This document shows positions 28,728 to 38,473 of a stretch of DNA of 64,000 nucleotides, one piece after another. The notes under the pieces are model-generated. The model searched no databases. It was not told where the DNA came from and saw only the letters and a program-made list of their open reading frames with translations. Origin of the DNA: an uncultured Elusimicrobia bacterium (GTDB taxonomy: Bacteria; Elusimicrobiota; Elusimicrobia; 2-01-FULL-59-12); the NCBI GenBank assembly GCA_963702895.1, contig OY969767.1:2400001-2464000 (forward strand), given 5' to 3'. Both the position numbers and the translations under genes were made by a program. Numbering within the stretch: the stretch's first letter is position 1; every line of letters begins with the position of its first letter.

Positions 28728-28788
28728 GCCCGCTTTCAGAAAAGTTTTCGGGTTAACAGACCGCAAGGGTGCTTTTTTCAGGAGACGT

Positions 28789-29994
28789 CTAGCTGGAACC
28801 CCTCGGCCGAATGGCCAGAACGAGCGCGTTGGCCACGGGCCTGCCACCTTCGAAGTAACGCTCATCCGCGGGGGCTTCTCCTTGCTGCGCGAAGATCGCA
28901 CGCGACCTCCCCCCATCGAGCGCGATCGCCTCTTGAACGTTCATCTTGGAGAGCACGTAAGCCAATTGTTCATAGGACAAATTGCCGTTTGAATTTTTAT
29001 GGGCCCAAAGCAAGACGATATCACCGTTCGCTTTCTCTGCCAGGGCAACACGGTCGCGACTTTTGAGCGTATGCAAACGCTCTTGTTGCGCCGTCACTTG
29101 AATCTGGCCACGTTCGATCAGGCGCGGCCCAGCCAGAAGACCATGCACGATCTCTTGGGATGACCAGGCGGCTGGCAGCGACCAGGTGGCACGAACGAGA
29201 GCGCCACTCCTCAGGAGACTGGCACTGGCCCGCGCATCGCCGTGCAAAGCGACCACCAGGCCGTCCGGTGGGATCCGAAGGGGCCCCTGCCGAAAGTGGT
29301 CCTGGATTCGGTAGATCCCAGGCCGTGCGGGCTCGCTCTGTGCCGTGAGATAAATTGCATCACGAGGAATTCTGAGAAGTTTCCCATAGAGGGGCGTGAA
29401 AAGCGTCAGCGCGTTTTTTCCCCCAGGAATGTTGATATGGTGGACGGCGATTTTGGCCGCGCGGAAAGGCTTCCCCTTCCCTACGGCGAAGGTCTCCATC
29501 CAGACCTTCGGCATCTGACGAGGCGAGGCGATGTGGAGGCGGGCCCGCGTAAGTCCGCCCTTCGAATCGCTAAATCCGACCATGCTTCGGGTAAAGCCCT
29601 GGGGCATGTTAAAGAATTCCATTTTCCGATCACGCATGAGAAACCCGATCGGGAGCCCTGTGGCCGTATCAAAAAATCCCCCGTTAATAGCCGCAATCAC
29701 GGTCCACCGGGTCTGCGCGCTAAAACGCCGGGCGATTTCACGGATGGACTCCGTCCCCGGGCCCTGGTCCCGGTAGAAGGGCACAGGGATAAGTTCCAGG
29801 CTCTCGGATCGCGCGCTGGCTGTGACATACTTGAGCGTGAGGTCCCCTTGCCTCTTGATAATAAAGCGTCCCGTACCGTTTGAGACGAGCCCATTCTGCC
29901 AGAACGTCGGAACGGAACGCTCCGGCTGGTCGACCAAGAGGGCCGAGACCAGAGCACAACAACCCAGGAGAAGGCGTTCCTTAGAGATGTTCAT
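28789..29994 (-). CDS. Phosphodiester glycosidase (NAGPA-like) family protein
   Basis: AAINGGFFD, AGPRLI, ALDGGRS, RPVANAL. Confidence 0.85.
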   Translation of the reverse strand: MNISKERLLLGCCALVSALLVDQPERSVPTFWQNGLVSNGTGRFIIKRQGDLTLKYVTASARSESLELIPVPFYRDQGPGTESIREIARRFSAQTRWTVIAAINGGFFDTATGLPIGFLMRDRKMEFFNMPQGFTRSMVGFSDSKGGLTRARLHIASPRQMPKVWMETFAVGKGKPFRAAKIAVHHINIPGGKNALTLFTPLYGKLLRIPRDAIYLTAQSEPARPGIYRIQDHFRQGPLRIPPDGLVVALHGDARASASLLRSGALVRATWSLPAAWSSQEIVHGLLAGPRLIERGQIQVTAQQERLHTLKSRDRVALAEKANGDIVLLWAHKNSNGNLSYEQLAYVLSKMNVQEAIALDGGRSRAIFAQQGEAPADERYFEGGRPVANALVLAIRPRGSS

Positions 29995-30046
29995 TCAGCC
30001 AAGCGTATCCGCAGAAAGCGATAAATTCAACCGATGGTTTTAGGCC

Positions 30047-31933
30047 CTAATGGAGCAATCTGATTTGTTTCTGAATATCACCCAAACGCTGGCTCAGCTC
30101 TTTGACCCGTGCAGGGTTTTCGTGGGTCTCAAGACGCGCCATTTCACTCAGCAAGAGTGACTCTGTGTCCTGGAGCTGCCGCAGCACCTCCTGCTTCCGT
30201 TTTTGTTCCTCTTCCAGCCGATATTTCGCCTGGCGCTGTTCCGCTTCAAGCCGCTTTTGATCTTTGGTTTTTCGTTGGGAGCCTTGCGCCTGGCGGGGCT
30301 GAGCGGGTCCCCGGGCTGGGTGAGCGTGGGGAACCAGAAACGGCTGGCGGTGGTGGGCCTGCTCAATGCGCTCTTCAGAACGGAAAAGCTCCGCTTCTTC
30401 CCCTTCTTCCTGGGCTTTTTTATGAAGAAAATAGTCATAGTCGCCGGGGTACCAGGTGACTTTGCCTTTTTGGACATGGATGACGTGATCCGCGAGCTGC
30501 CGGATGAAATAGACGTCATGGCTGATAAAGCAGAGGGTCCCTTCGAAGCTCTTCAAGGCTTCGAGGAGAACATCGACGCTCGCCATGTCTAAATGGGTGG
30601 TGGGTTCATCCAGAAGCATCAGATTGGGAGGGTCCAATAAGAGTTTCGCAAGCCCCAGCCGGCTTTTTTCACCACCGCTGAGCACCTCAATCTTTTTGAA
30701 GACGGCGTCCCCCCGAAAAAGAAAGGACCCGAGCAAGGTGCGAATGGTTTGTTCCGTGTGATGGCGCTTGGTGTGGAGCGCTTCTTCGAGGACCGTTTTG
30801 TCCGGGCGGAACATCTCTGCCCGATGCTGTGAGTAATAGCCCACCTCCACGTTATGCCCCAGTTTTGTTTCACCTCCTTGATAAGGGACGACCCCTGCCA
30901 GAAGCTTGATTAAGGTGGATTTGCCGGCACCGTTCGGCCCGACCAGCGCGATTTTTTGGCCGCGCTCCAGCGTCAAGTCGAGGCCCTCATAGACCCATGT
31001 TTTCCCGTCGTAAGACTGCCGGATGTTTTTGAGCGCCATCACATTCTGGCCGCTTCGGGCAGGTTGCGGAAAGGAAAATCCAACCGTTTTGAGCTCCTCG
31101 GGCAGTTCGATGCGCTCCATCTTTTCGAGATACTTGATTTTGGCCTGGGCCCGCGAGGCCGTGGACGCCTTCGCGCGGAATTTGTTGATGAAATCTTCCA
31201 GTTCCTTAATCTCTTTCTGCTGCCGCGTGTACGCCGCGATGAGATTTTTTTCTTCCTGCTTCTTCTGTGCCAGGTAGTCCTCAAAAGTGCCGGTGTAGAT
31301 GTTGAGCTTCTGTCCGCGGACTTCGACAATCCGATCGACCACGCTGTTGATAAATTCCCGATCATGGGAGATGAGAAAAATCGCGCCCCTGTAGTTCTGC
31401 AGGTAGTCCTGAAACCAAAGCAGAGATTCCAAATCCAAGTGGTTGGTGGGTTCGTCCAACATCAAAAGATCCGGCTCATCCAGAAGGAGCCGGGCGATTG
31501 CCACGCGCATCTGCCACCCGCCCGAGAGCTCCGAGATCGGGCGGTCGAATTCGCTCTGCCGAAATCCCAACCCCGCTAAAATCCTCTTCGCCCTCGGGAC
31601 CCGGGTCGAGTCGGCCGACTCCTGCCCCACCAACTCGTCGAGCACCCGATGGTGCGAAAACTCCGCGGTCTCTTGAGGCAGGTAGCCAAAGCTCACGCCG
31701 GTTCTGTGTTGGATGGAGCCTTCATCGGTCTCCAGGCGCCCCATGATGAGCTTGAAGAGGGTCGATTTGCCCGCACCGTTGGGCCCCACCAGAGCAAAAC
31801 GGTCCCTTTCATTGATCTGGAGGGAGGCGGACTCGAAGAGCGTCTGATCTCCGAAAGCTTTCGATATGTTTTTCAGTGTAATCATGCTCGAGATTGCTTC
31901 GCCCATAATGGTTCCAGCGAAGTCCAAGGACAC
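30047..31933 (-). CDS. ABC-F family ATPase
   Basis: Two ABC domains (GPNGAGKST x2, LSGGW, LSGGE, LDEPT), no TM; start 31933 or 31885. Confidence 0.95.
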   Translation of the reverse strand: MSLDFAGTIMGEAISSMITLKNISKAFGDQTLFESASLQINERDRFALVGPNGAGKSTLFKLIMGRLETDEGSIQHRTGVSFGYLPQETAEFSHHRVLDELVGQESADSTRVPRAKRILAGLGFRQSEFDRPISELSGGWQMRVAIARLLLDEPDLLMLDEPTNHLDLESLLWFQDYLQNYRGAIFLISHDREFINSVVDRIVEVRGQKLNIYTGTFEDYLAQKKQEEKNLIAAYTRQQKEIKELEDFINKFRAKASTASRAQAKIKYLEKMERIELPEELKTVGFSFPQPARSGQNVMALKNIRQSYDGKTWVYEGLDLTLERGQKIALVGPNGAGKSTLIKLLAGVVPYQGGETKLGHNVEVGYYSQHRAEMFRPDKTVLEEALHTKRHHTEQTIRTLLGSFLFRGDAVFKKIEVLSGGEKSRLGLAKLLLDPPNLMLLDEPTTHLDMASVDVLLEALKSFEGTLCFISHDVYFIRQLADHVIHVQKGKVTWYPGDYDYFLHKKAQEEGEEAELFRSEERIEQAHHRQPFLVPHAHPARGPAQPRQAQGSQRKTKDQKRLEAEQRQAKYRLEEEQKRKQEVLRQLQDTESLLLSEMARLETHENPARVKELSQRLGDIQKQIRLLH

Positions 31934-31986
31934 AAGCGCGGATTATACCTGACCCGTGTCAGGCAGATATACTATCCTTATAAATT

Positions 31987-33420
31987 ATGGGACGCGGTAA
32001 AAGATGGCCCATCGTGCTACTGTTGCTGCTGCTTCTTTTGGGATTTCTGTGGTGGCGCTTCTCTCGTCTTCAAAAGCCGGAGACTCTCCCGCCACCCCCC
32101 GTCATGCCATCGAGCGTGACCACCGTGACGCCGCTTCCGGAGCCGCCCAAACCAACACCGGCCGTCCGCCCGAAACCGGCCCCGACCACGAGCACCGGGG
32201 CCCCTGTGGCTCCAAAAGTCAAGCTCCACAAGGAACTGATCCCTAAGAATATCGAAATTGTGCGCTGCTATTATGCCGCTGAGGTGATCCCTCCGGGAGC
32301 CACGCTTGGCTTTGATATCAATGGATCGGGCTTCACCAGTGAATTTGAGAAAATGATCCGGGTGGATGCGGGACATGAACATGTCTCCGTCAAGAATCTG
32401 TTGCTGGTCACCGCCAATCAGATTCATGGAGAGATCGTCGCAGGCGAGCGCGCGAAAACAGGTTTTGTCTTTCCTCGCGTCCTTATTAAAGGGCTACCCG
32501 TGTTTAGCGCTCCTGAGCCTTTCGCCATTGTGCGAAAAGGCGAGGTCCTGACTGTGTTTTTCACCAGCATGCAAGAGAATGGGCGCGGTGGGAAATTTCG
32601 CGTGATTACCCATCTTGATGAGAAGATGGCCAAGACCTTTCGCATTGAACCCAGCACGCCCGGCATCGTTGTTTCCGAGATTGAGCCAGAACTTCCTTAT
32701 TTAGTGCATGGTTCCATGCAGATCACGCCCGGTGTCCCTCCGGGCGATCATGGTCTGACCATGTCGATTCATGGGAAGGAGGTCTTCAAACGTATGGGGA
32801 TGATCCGCATTGTGCGACCCAACGTTGGGCAGCTGGGCTTTATTCAGAATTTGTCGGCGGAGGAACGGTATCATCGCCCTGGTGACATGATTCAAATCTA
32901 CGTTCAGGGAACTGGCCTCTCCGCGGAAGATGCGCCCAAACTCAGGGCCAAAGTCGAAGAATTTAATCTGGGCCAGGGCTCCTTCACTTATCTTTCCCCT
33001 TTTCAGATCAGGCTTGCTCTCCAAAGCCTGACCACGATGCCCCTGAAGTCCTACAGCGTGAAAATTCAGAATGAGTCCGGGACGGAGCTCTTTGAGAAAA
33101 AGAACCTGTTTGAACTTGTCCCTCCAAACTGGGTCAAGGGAGTGCAGGTATCCCCGCCTCTGAAAGCAGGAGGGAAAAGTCTCCTCAGAGTTATAGGGCG
33201 CGATTTGACCGAAGACTTTGCGACCGCGTTTCGCATCGAAGTCGATGAGTCTGGGATTACGCTGGGGCCCATCCAGCGCGAGAGCGCCACCACCCTTTCC
33301 GCCGACATTATGGCATCGGACGGGGTGGCGCCGGGCGACTATTGGCTGCATCTTTCAGCGCACCATGCCAAGATCAGTCCACCTTTTGGCAGTATCATTA
33401 AAGTCGAAGCGTCCCACTAA
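31987..33420 (+). CDS. Membrane-anchored hypothetical protein with Pro-rich linker and beta-rich repeats
   Basis: N-terminal TM, PPP linker, repeated I.G.G/PG.Y patterns. Confidence 0.7.
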   Translation: MGRGKRWPIVLLLLLLLLGFLWWRFSRLQKPETLPPPPVMPSSVTTVTPLPEPPKPTPAVRPKPAPTTSTGAPVAPKVKLHKELIPKNIEIVRCYYAAEVIPPGATLGFDINGSGFTSEFEKMIRVDAGHEHVSVKNLLLVTANQIHGEIVAGERAKTGFVFPRVLIKGLPVFSAPEPFAIVRKGEVLTVFFTSMQENGRGGKFRVITHLDEKMAKTFRIEPSTPGIVVSEIEPELPYLVHGSMQITPGVPPGDHGLTMSIHGKEVFKRMGMIRIVRPNVGQLGFIQNLSAEERYHRPGDMIQIYVQGTGLSAEDAPKLRAKVEEFNLGQGSFTYLSPFQIRLALQSLTTMPLKSYSVKIQNESGTELFEKKNLFELVPPNWVKGVQVSPPLKAGGKSLLRVIGRDLTEDFATAFRIEVDESGITLGPIQRESATTLSADIMASDGVAPGDYWLHLSAHHAKISPPFGSIIKVEASH

Positions 33421-33438
33421 CATTCCAGGGAGGTCTTT

Positions 33439-34035
33439 ATGTCACATCTTCGTATCGGGTTGGTTGCATCGCTGCTGTCGCTCTTCCTCATCCCTCAAGC
33501 CCCCGGTTGGTCAGCAGAATTCGAGATTGATCCAACCCACTCGAGTGTCGGATTCGTGGTCAAACATATCGTCTCCAAGGTCAAGGGGCAATTTAACGAA
33601 TTTACCGGGTCCTTCCGTTATGACCCCAAGGCCCCCGAGAAGTCTTCCGTCGAAGCCGTCCTCCAGGCCCACAGTATCAACACGAATATGGCCAAGCGTG
33701 ATGATCATCTGCGCTCACCGGACTTCTTTGACACCGCCAAGTATCCCACAGCGACCTTTAAGAGCACTTCCGCAAAGAGCGCAGGCGACCATCGGTTGGA
33801 AGTGCCCGGCGTTTTGACGCTGCATGGGGTCTCGAAGCCTGTTGTCCTGAGCGTCCAAGGAGGCGAGATGGCCAAGGATCCCTGGGGAGGGACCCGCACC
33901 GGCTTTACGGCAACGACCACCATCAACCGCAAAGACTTTGGCATCTCGTGGAATAAGACGCTCGATAACGGCGGGCTGCTGATTGGGGACGAAGTTCGGA
34001 TTGAGATTGAAATTGAGGGCGTACAGAAGAAGTAG
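33439..34035 (+). CDS. YceI family protein
   Basis: IDPTHSSVGF, RDDHLRSPDFFD, LTLHGVSK, INRKDFGI. Confidence 0.93.
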   Translation: MSHLRIGLVASLLSLFLIPQAPGWSAEFEIDPTHSSVGFVVKHIVSKVKGQFNEFTGSFRYDPKAPEKSSVEAVLQAHSINTNMAKRDDHLRSPDFFDTAKYPTATFKSTSAKSAGDHRLEVPGVLTLHGVSKPVVLSVQGGEMAKDPWGGTRTGFTATTTINRKDFGISWNKTLDNGGLLIGDEVRIEIEIEGVQKK

Positions 34036-34110
34036 AACCGGATAGGCGCCCTGGCCCGGCACTCGTTCAAAGAGAGAGGGGGGCTTGTTCAGGCCGCAGG
34101 GCCTGTCTCC

Positions 34111-34518
34111 TCACCAATCCTCAGCGGAGATCTTTCGTAAGCCCTTCTTTTCGGCCTGGTGGTGCTTGGCGGCGAGCATCTTTTCTTTGGAGCGCCTGGA
34201 CCGTCGCCTTTTCTGGCGGCGGATCTTTTCGATTCGCCGCTGTTCCTCTGACTTTTTCCCGAGCCTCATCGCCTCGTAGCGTTCCAGCAGGCGCCGTCGA
34301 GCCAGGAACCGATTGACCGCCTGGGAACGGTCTTCTTGACATTTCACCAGGATCCCCGTTGGCCGATGGAAGATCTGCACGCAGGTGGAGGTTTTGTTGA
34401 CGTGTTGACCACCGGCGCCGCTGGAGCGGACAAAACTCTCTTCGATATCCTTCTCCTGAAGGCCAAGAGCGCGCATTTTGTCCCGAAGCGATTGCTCTTT
34501 TTGCGGGCTGATGCTCAC
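34111..34518 (-). CDS. arfB: ArfB-like peptidyl-tRNA hydrolase / release-factor-like protein
   Basis: [23 protein letters not shown], basic C-terminal tail. Confidence 0.8.
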   Translation of the reverse strand: MSISPQKEQSLRDKMRALGLQEKDIEESFVRSSGAGGQHVNKTSTCVQIFHRPTGILVKCQEDRSQAVNRFLARRRLLERYEAMRLGKKSEEQRRIEKIRRQKRRRSRRSKEKMLAAKHHQAEKKGLRKISAEDW

Positions 34519-34561
34519 GAGGGGCGAAGGGCGAGGGGCGAGGGGCGAAGAGGCATCGTGA

Positions 34562-37057
34562 TCACTCTTCTCTCTTCGTTTTCCGCCCTGGGGTCGCGGC
34601 GGGAAATTCTTGTTCCATTCCTTTGCGGATCTTCCGGACCGTCTCTTCCGCGGCGCGCTTCATGCGCCCGTCATAATCACCCGTCGTGTATTTCATAAGA
34701 GCGTCGGTTGCGCGCTCATCGGCAAACGTCCCCAGCGCCCGGACCGCGGTCAGTTGAACAAGGAGGTGCTTGTCTTCCAGCAGCCCTACCAAATGGTTCT
34801 GGACGTCCTCGCGCCCGCCTCGCCCCAACGAGGCAAGCCTTCGGATCGCCGTCATGCGCACATGGGGATGGTACCCCGAGCGGCTGTATTGCTTAAGAAT
34901 CGCGCGAGATTCCGCTAACTGGAGTGAGCCGATGGCATCGAGGGCTGCGCACCGGAAAGTGTCATTCCAAGATTCTTTCTTCAAGTACTCCTTGAAGAGG
35001 CTGAGGAGGGAGGGATCTTTCATGCGGCCCAGAGAGCGGAGCGCTTCGCTTTGCGCAAAGTAGCTTTTTTCATGGGGCAGCCCAGAACGGATTTCTGCCT
35101 CCACTTTGGGAGTGGGGTAGGACCCGAGCGCTTCATAAATGGCCCGTCGCACTTTGGGATGCTGGATCTGGCGCAAAGCCTCGAGCAGCGCCTCCGCGGC
35201 CCCCGCCATGCCCGCATGGCCTAAAGCGCGGGCGATGTTCACCTGAACACCCCAAAATTGTTCCTTGAGAAGCGCCTGGCGAAGCGCCTGGACCGCGGAG
35301 GGGCTCGCAAGACGCCCCAGGGCGGCGGCCGCGTCCACCCTTCCCAGAAGATGAGGGTCCTCGGTGAGCTGGACAGCCCACATCTCTTCGGACTTGGCGA
35401 AATCAACTCGCTTGAGCAAACCATGATCGGGATCAAAGAGGATGAGCCGAGGCGGCGCGGACAACGTGTAGCAAAAGAGCTGGTCCTTCTTGTCGAGGGT
35501 TCCCTTAAATCGTCGAGAGACCCCCCCCACATCGACAGCCCATTCCACGGGGAGCGTGTAAAGCGGCGTTTCATCATTGACCGTCTGGGTTTGCAGGACC
35601 CTCAAGTTCAGCTTTCTTGATTTCGCGTCCCACCAGGACCGGATCTTGATCTCGGGATGGCCTCCCTTGTAGACCCATTGGTCAAAGAACGACCGCATGT
35701 TCCTGCCGGTGGCTTCCTGAATGGACTCAATGAGGTCGATCGTTTCCACGCCTTGAGCTTTGTGGCGCGCGAGGTAGGTATGAATAGAGCGCCACCAGTC
35801 CCGGTCCCCTAACAGGCGCCGGATCATGTGCAAAATGCATGCCCCCTTCTCGTAAAGGTGACGGTCAAAGAGATCGTTCGTGTTTTTATACAGTTTGGTC
35901 GAAAGCGGCCGACGGTAGCGGTCTTTGTCCTCGTCAAAATAGGTCTCGGCATTCGTGCGCATCTCGTACATAAACTCATCATGGCCGAGATCATGCTCAC
36001 GGAAAAGGGCCTCAAAATAGGTGGCAAAGCTTTCATTGAGCCAAGCATGCGACCAGTCCTTGCAAGTGACCAGATCGCCAAACCACTGATGGGCAAGCTC
36101 ATGCGCCACCAGAGGGTCGCTTGTGAAATCGAGATGGGCCCGCTCATCATGCAGGGTCAGCGCCGTTTGGGTGGTGCAGGAGGTGTTCTCCATTCCTCCA
36201 TAGATAAAATCGATTGCCGCGACCTGCGCGTATTTCGCGTAAGGGTAAGGAACTCCCAGTTTTTTGGAAAAGAAATCGATCATTCTGGGGGTGTTGCCAA
36301 AAGCGCGCTTGGCGTCTTCTTCCCGGCCCGCAGGACAGTAATAGAGCACAGGGACCCTGCCCCAACGGTCTTTGATTTCGCTGAACTCTCCCACGGCCAG
36401 CGAGACCAAATAAGGGGAATGGGGTACATTCTGTTTCCAGTGGAAGGTCCGGGTGGCACCCTTACGCTGGACGCCCAGCAAGGCCCCGTTGGAGATGGCC
36501 GTGAATCGGGAGGGCACGCTCACGATCATTTCTGTGGTCGTTTTCTCCTGCGGGGCATCATGGCAAGGAAACCAGTAACGGTTGTATTCGTCTTCGCCTT
36601 GGGTCCAGGCCTGAAGGGGCTTCTGGGGATAGTGCCGATCGGGACCGATGAAGTGGAGCCCGAGCTTAGGCCGAACGACCCGATAGTCAATCGTGACTTC
36701 CAGGGAAGCTCCGCGGCGCACTGGCGTCGGCCACTTGATCTTGAGCTCGCGGCCGGAATAGGTGAATGGAAGTCTCTTGCCCTTGGCGCTGACGCGTACC
36801 TCGATGAAGTTGACCGCGTCGAAGAGGATGTCGGTCGCACCATCCGCGATGGCCACCAAAGATGAGGTGCAGCGTCCACGCAGCGATTGCTTTGAGAAAT
36901 CGAGCGCTAACTCGAGCCGAATATGGCGGGTGTCAAAAAGACGGTCCGGGGCGTAATGCGGCGTGGCCCCCGGATAGGCAAAGCGGCCATCCGCTGCCCA
37001 GGCACCTGTATAGGCACGACATCGCATTTCTTCATTCACCTTCGTGTTCCTTTTCAA
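34562..37057 (-). CDS. M1 family aminopeptidase with C-terminal HEAT repeats
   Basis: [25 protein letters not shown]. Confidence 0.93.
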   Translation of the reverse strand: MKRNTKVNEEMRCRAYTGAWAADGRFAYPGATPHYAPDRLFDTRHIRLELALDFSKQSLRGRCTSSLVAIADGATDILFDAVNFIEVRVSAKGKRLPFTYSGRELKIKWPTPVRRGASLEVTIDYRVVRPKLGLHFIGPDRHYPQKPLQAWTQGEDEYNRYWFPCHDAPQEKTTTEMIVSVPSRFTAISNGALLGVQRKGATRTFHWKQNVPHSPYLVSLAVGEFSEIKDRWGRVPVLYYCPAGREEDAKRAFGNTPRMIDFFSKKLGVPYPYAKYAQVAAIDFIYGGMENTSCTTQTALTLHDERAHLDFTSDPLVAHELAHQWFGDLVTCKDWSHAWLNESFATYFEALFREHDLGHDEFMYEMRTNAETYFDEDKDRYRRPLSTKLYKNTNDLFDRHLYEKGACILHMIRRLLGDRDWWRSIHTYLARHKAQGVETIDLIESIQEATGRNMRSFFDQWVYKGGHPEIKIRSWWDAKSRKLNLRVLQTQTVNDETPLYTLPVEWAVDVGGVSRRFKGTLDKKDQLFCYTLSAPPRLILFDPDHGLLKRVDFAKSEEMWAVQLTEDPHLLGRVDAAAALGRLASPSAVQALRQALLKEQFWGVQVNIARALGHAGMAGAAEALLEALRQIQHPKVRRAIYEALGSYPTPKVEAEIRSGLPHEKSYFAQSEALRSLGRMKDPSLLSLFKEYLKKESWNDTFRCAALDAIGSLQLAESRAILKQYSRSGYHPHVRMTAIRRLASLGRGGREDVQNHLVGLLEDKHLLVQLTAVRALGTFADERATDALMKYTTGDYDGRMKRAAEETVRKIRKGMEQEFPAATPGRKTKREE

Positions 37058-37189
37058 TCATGGTCGCAAGGCCATGGGCAAGGCGGTGCGCTATTCCATA
37101 ACACCGAGCCGATGGCAGGCGGTCATTTTATCAATTTCTCGCTTTTTCAAACCTCTTGCAAAAACAATATGAATCAGCTACATAAAACT

Positions 37190-37948
37190 ATGCGTCCAGG
37201 GCCACGAAAGCATAAGAGCTGTGTCTTCATCTCCGTTCTGTGTCTCTTGCTTCAAACCACCCTGCTCCAATGTGCGGAAACGCCCTTCACGCGTGTCTAC
37301 GCGTTAAAGAATATTGAGGCTCCTATTGTTATCCAACTTCTCAATTTTTCCGTAGTGGATGCTTCAAAAAAACGAATCCTCTCCGGCCAGGGAAAGAGAT
37401 TGGTTGTGACAGACACTGAGGCAAATCAAAATGCCATCGCCGAACTCTTGCCGATCATTGACCAACCCACGACGGAATCAGAACCACGGAAAATACTCAT
37501 GGAAGCAGGTGTGCGGCTGACCAATTATCTCAACAGTCGTGCGAAGGAAAGAGAAGGATATGCTCCATCAGGGGCCTCTGCGATGACTGCCTTATCACCC
37601 TCAGGACCAGCTCAAACCTATGATGACAGGAAGAGAACAGTTGCCTACAAGAGCGTCTACTCCAATGAGGACGAAATACTAAATAAGAAGACTCGTGTGA
37701 TCACCAACGATCCGCCCCTTCCTTCAGTCGCCAATCTTACTCTCCAAGGAATATTTTTCATCAATCCTCGAACACCGATCGCACTTCTTTCCTTTCAGGG
37801 CACAAATTTTACAGCTCGCAACGGCGGTCTTTATTACAACAACAAGTCTCCCTTGAAGGGCATTTCCACGAAGGTTCTGAAAGACCGCGTTATTGTCACA
37901 GGTCCCGATAGAATTCCTAGAGAAATCACTTTCAAGACCAGCCTATGA
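37190..37948 (+). CDS. Exported protein with a secretin N-domain-like region
   Basis: Signal peptide; TRVYALKNIEA...LVVTDTEANQNAIAELLPIIDQP; start uncertain. Confidence 0.6.
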   Translation: MRPGPRKHKSCVFISVLCLLLQTTLLQCAETPFTRVYALKNIEAPIVIQLLNFSVVDASKKRILSGQGKRLVVTDTEANQNAIAELLPIIDQPTTESEPRKILMEAGVRLTNYLNSRAKEREGYAPSGASAMTALSPSGPAQTYDDRKRTVAYKSVYSNEDEILNKKTRVITNDPPLPSVANLTLQGIFFINPRTPIALLSFQGTNFTARNGGLYYNNKSPLKGISTKVLKDRVIVTGPDRIPREITFKTSL

Positions 37949-38442
37949 GAGTCCGGCAAACCATGAGACAGGGTCGTGGTGGGTGGATGCTGACCGAGCT
38001 ACTCATTCTCCTTGTTATCGTGAGCATCATCTATTGCATTTTTCTAGCTTCCTACGATGCTTTACAGGCCAGACTCCGCTTTAACGTGGTCAAAGCCAAT
38101 ATGGACGCGATAAGCAAAGCTGCCTTTGTGGATTTCACTTCCAGCAAGGACCACGTATGGGCTCCTATGGTGGCTCCAGGCTCAGCTCCGAGTTTCACAG
38201 CATCGCACCTCTCCAAATGGCCGGAACCACCCTGCCCTGGGTGGATGTATGGTTGGGATAATTATTACGGGGTGGCGACGGTCAAGGCCGTGCGCGTCAC
38301 TGTTTATCAACGTAACGGGCATGCCCTTTGGAGCATTTGTTTAGAAAACTATGGCGGCGATTGTGAGGGAGCCGATATGTTTGGCGACAGCCCGACAGAA
38401 CTGTCCAAAGTGACCGATCGCTACGTCTATTGCAACGAGTAA
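37945..38442 (+). CDS. Type IV pilin/pseudopilin-like protein
   Basis: RGG|WMLTELLILLVIVSII prepilin-like motif with Glu5; Cys-rich C-terminus. Confidence 0.7.
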   Translation: MRVRQTMRQGRGGWMLTELLILLVIVSIIYCIFLASYDALQARLRFNVVKANMDAISKAAFVDFTSSKDHVWAPMVAPGSAPSFTASHLSKWPEPPCPGWMYGWDNYYGVATVKAVRVTVYQRNGHALWSICLENYGGDCEGADMFGDSPTELSKVTDRYVYCNE

Positions 38443-38473
38443 TAGCCTTCCTTTCCTTTTGTAGAATGCGGCG

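Larger units (their letters stand above)
27401..28744 (+). mobile_element. IS110-family insertion sequence, IS1111 subgroup
   Basis: Perfect 11-bp sub-terminal IRs tgaaagcgggc (27408-27418) and gcccgctttca (28728-28738); AG core at both junctions; ~200-bp non-coding right end. Confidence 0.85.
27251..28752. mobile_element. 158-bp MITE (same family as 8497, inverted) with TTAA duplication, interrupted by the IS110 element
   Basis: TTAA at 27247-27250 and 28753-28756; ends CCGGGAAA / TTTTCGGG; cloverleaf palindrome at 27270-27350. Confidence 0.75.

Noticed and set aside
36923..37189. Long N-terminus of the 341-aa ORF
   Set aside because: It overlaps the divergent aminopeptidase start; the signal peptide begins near 37190.
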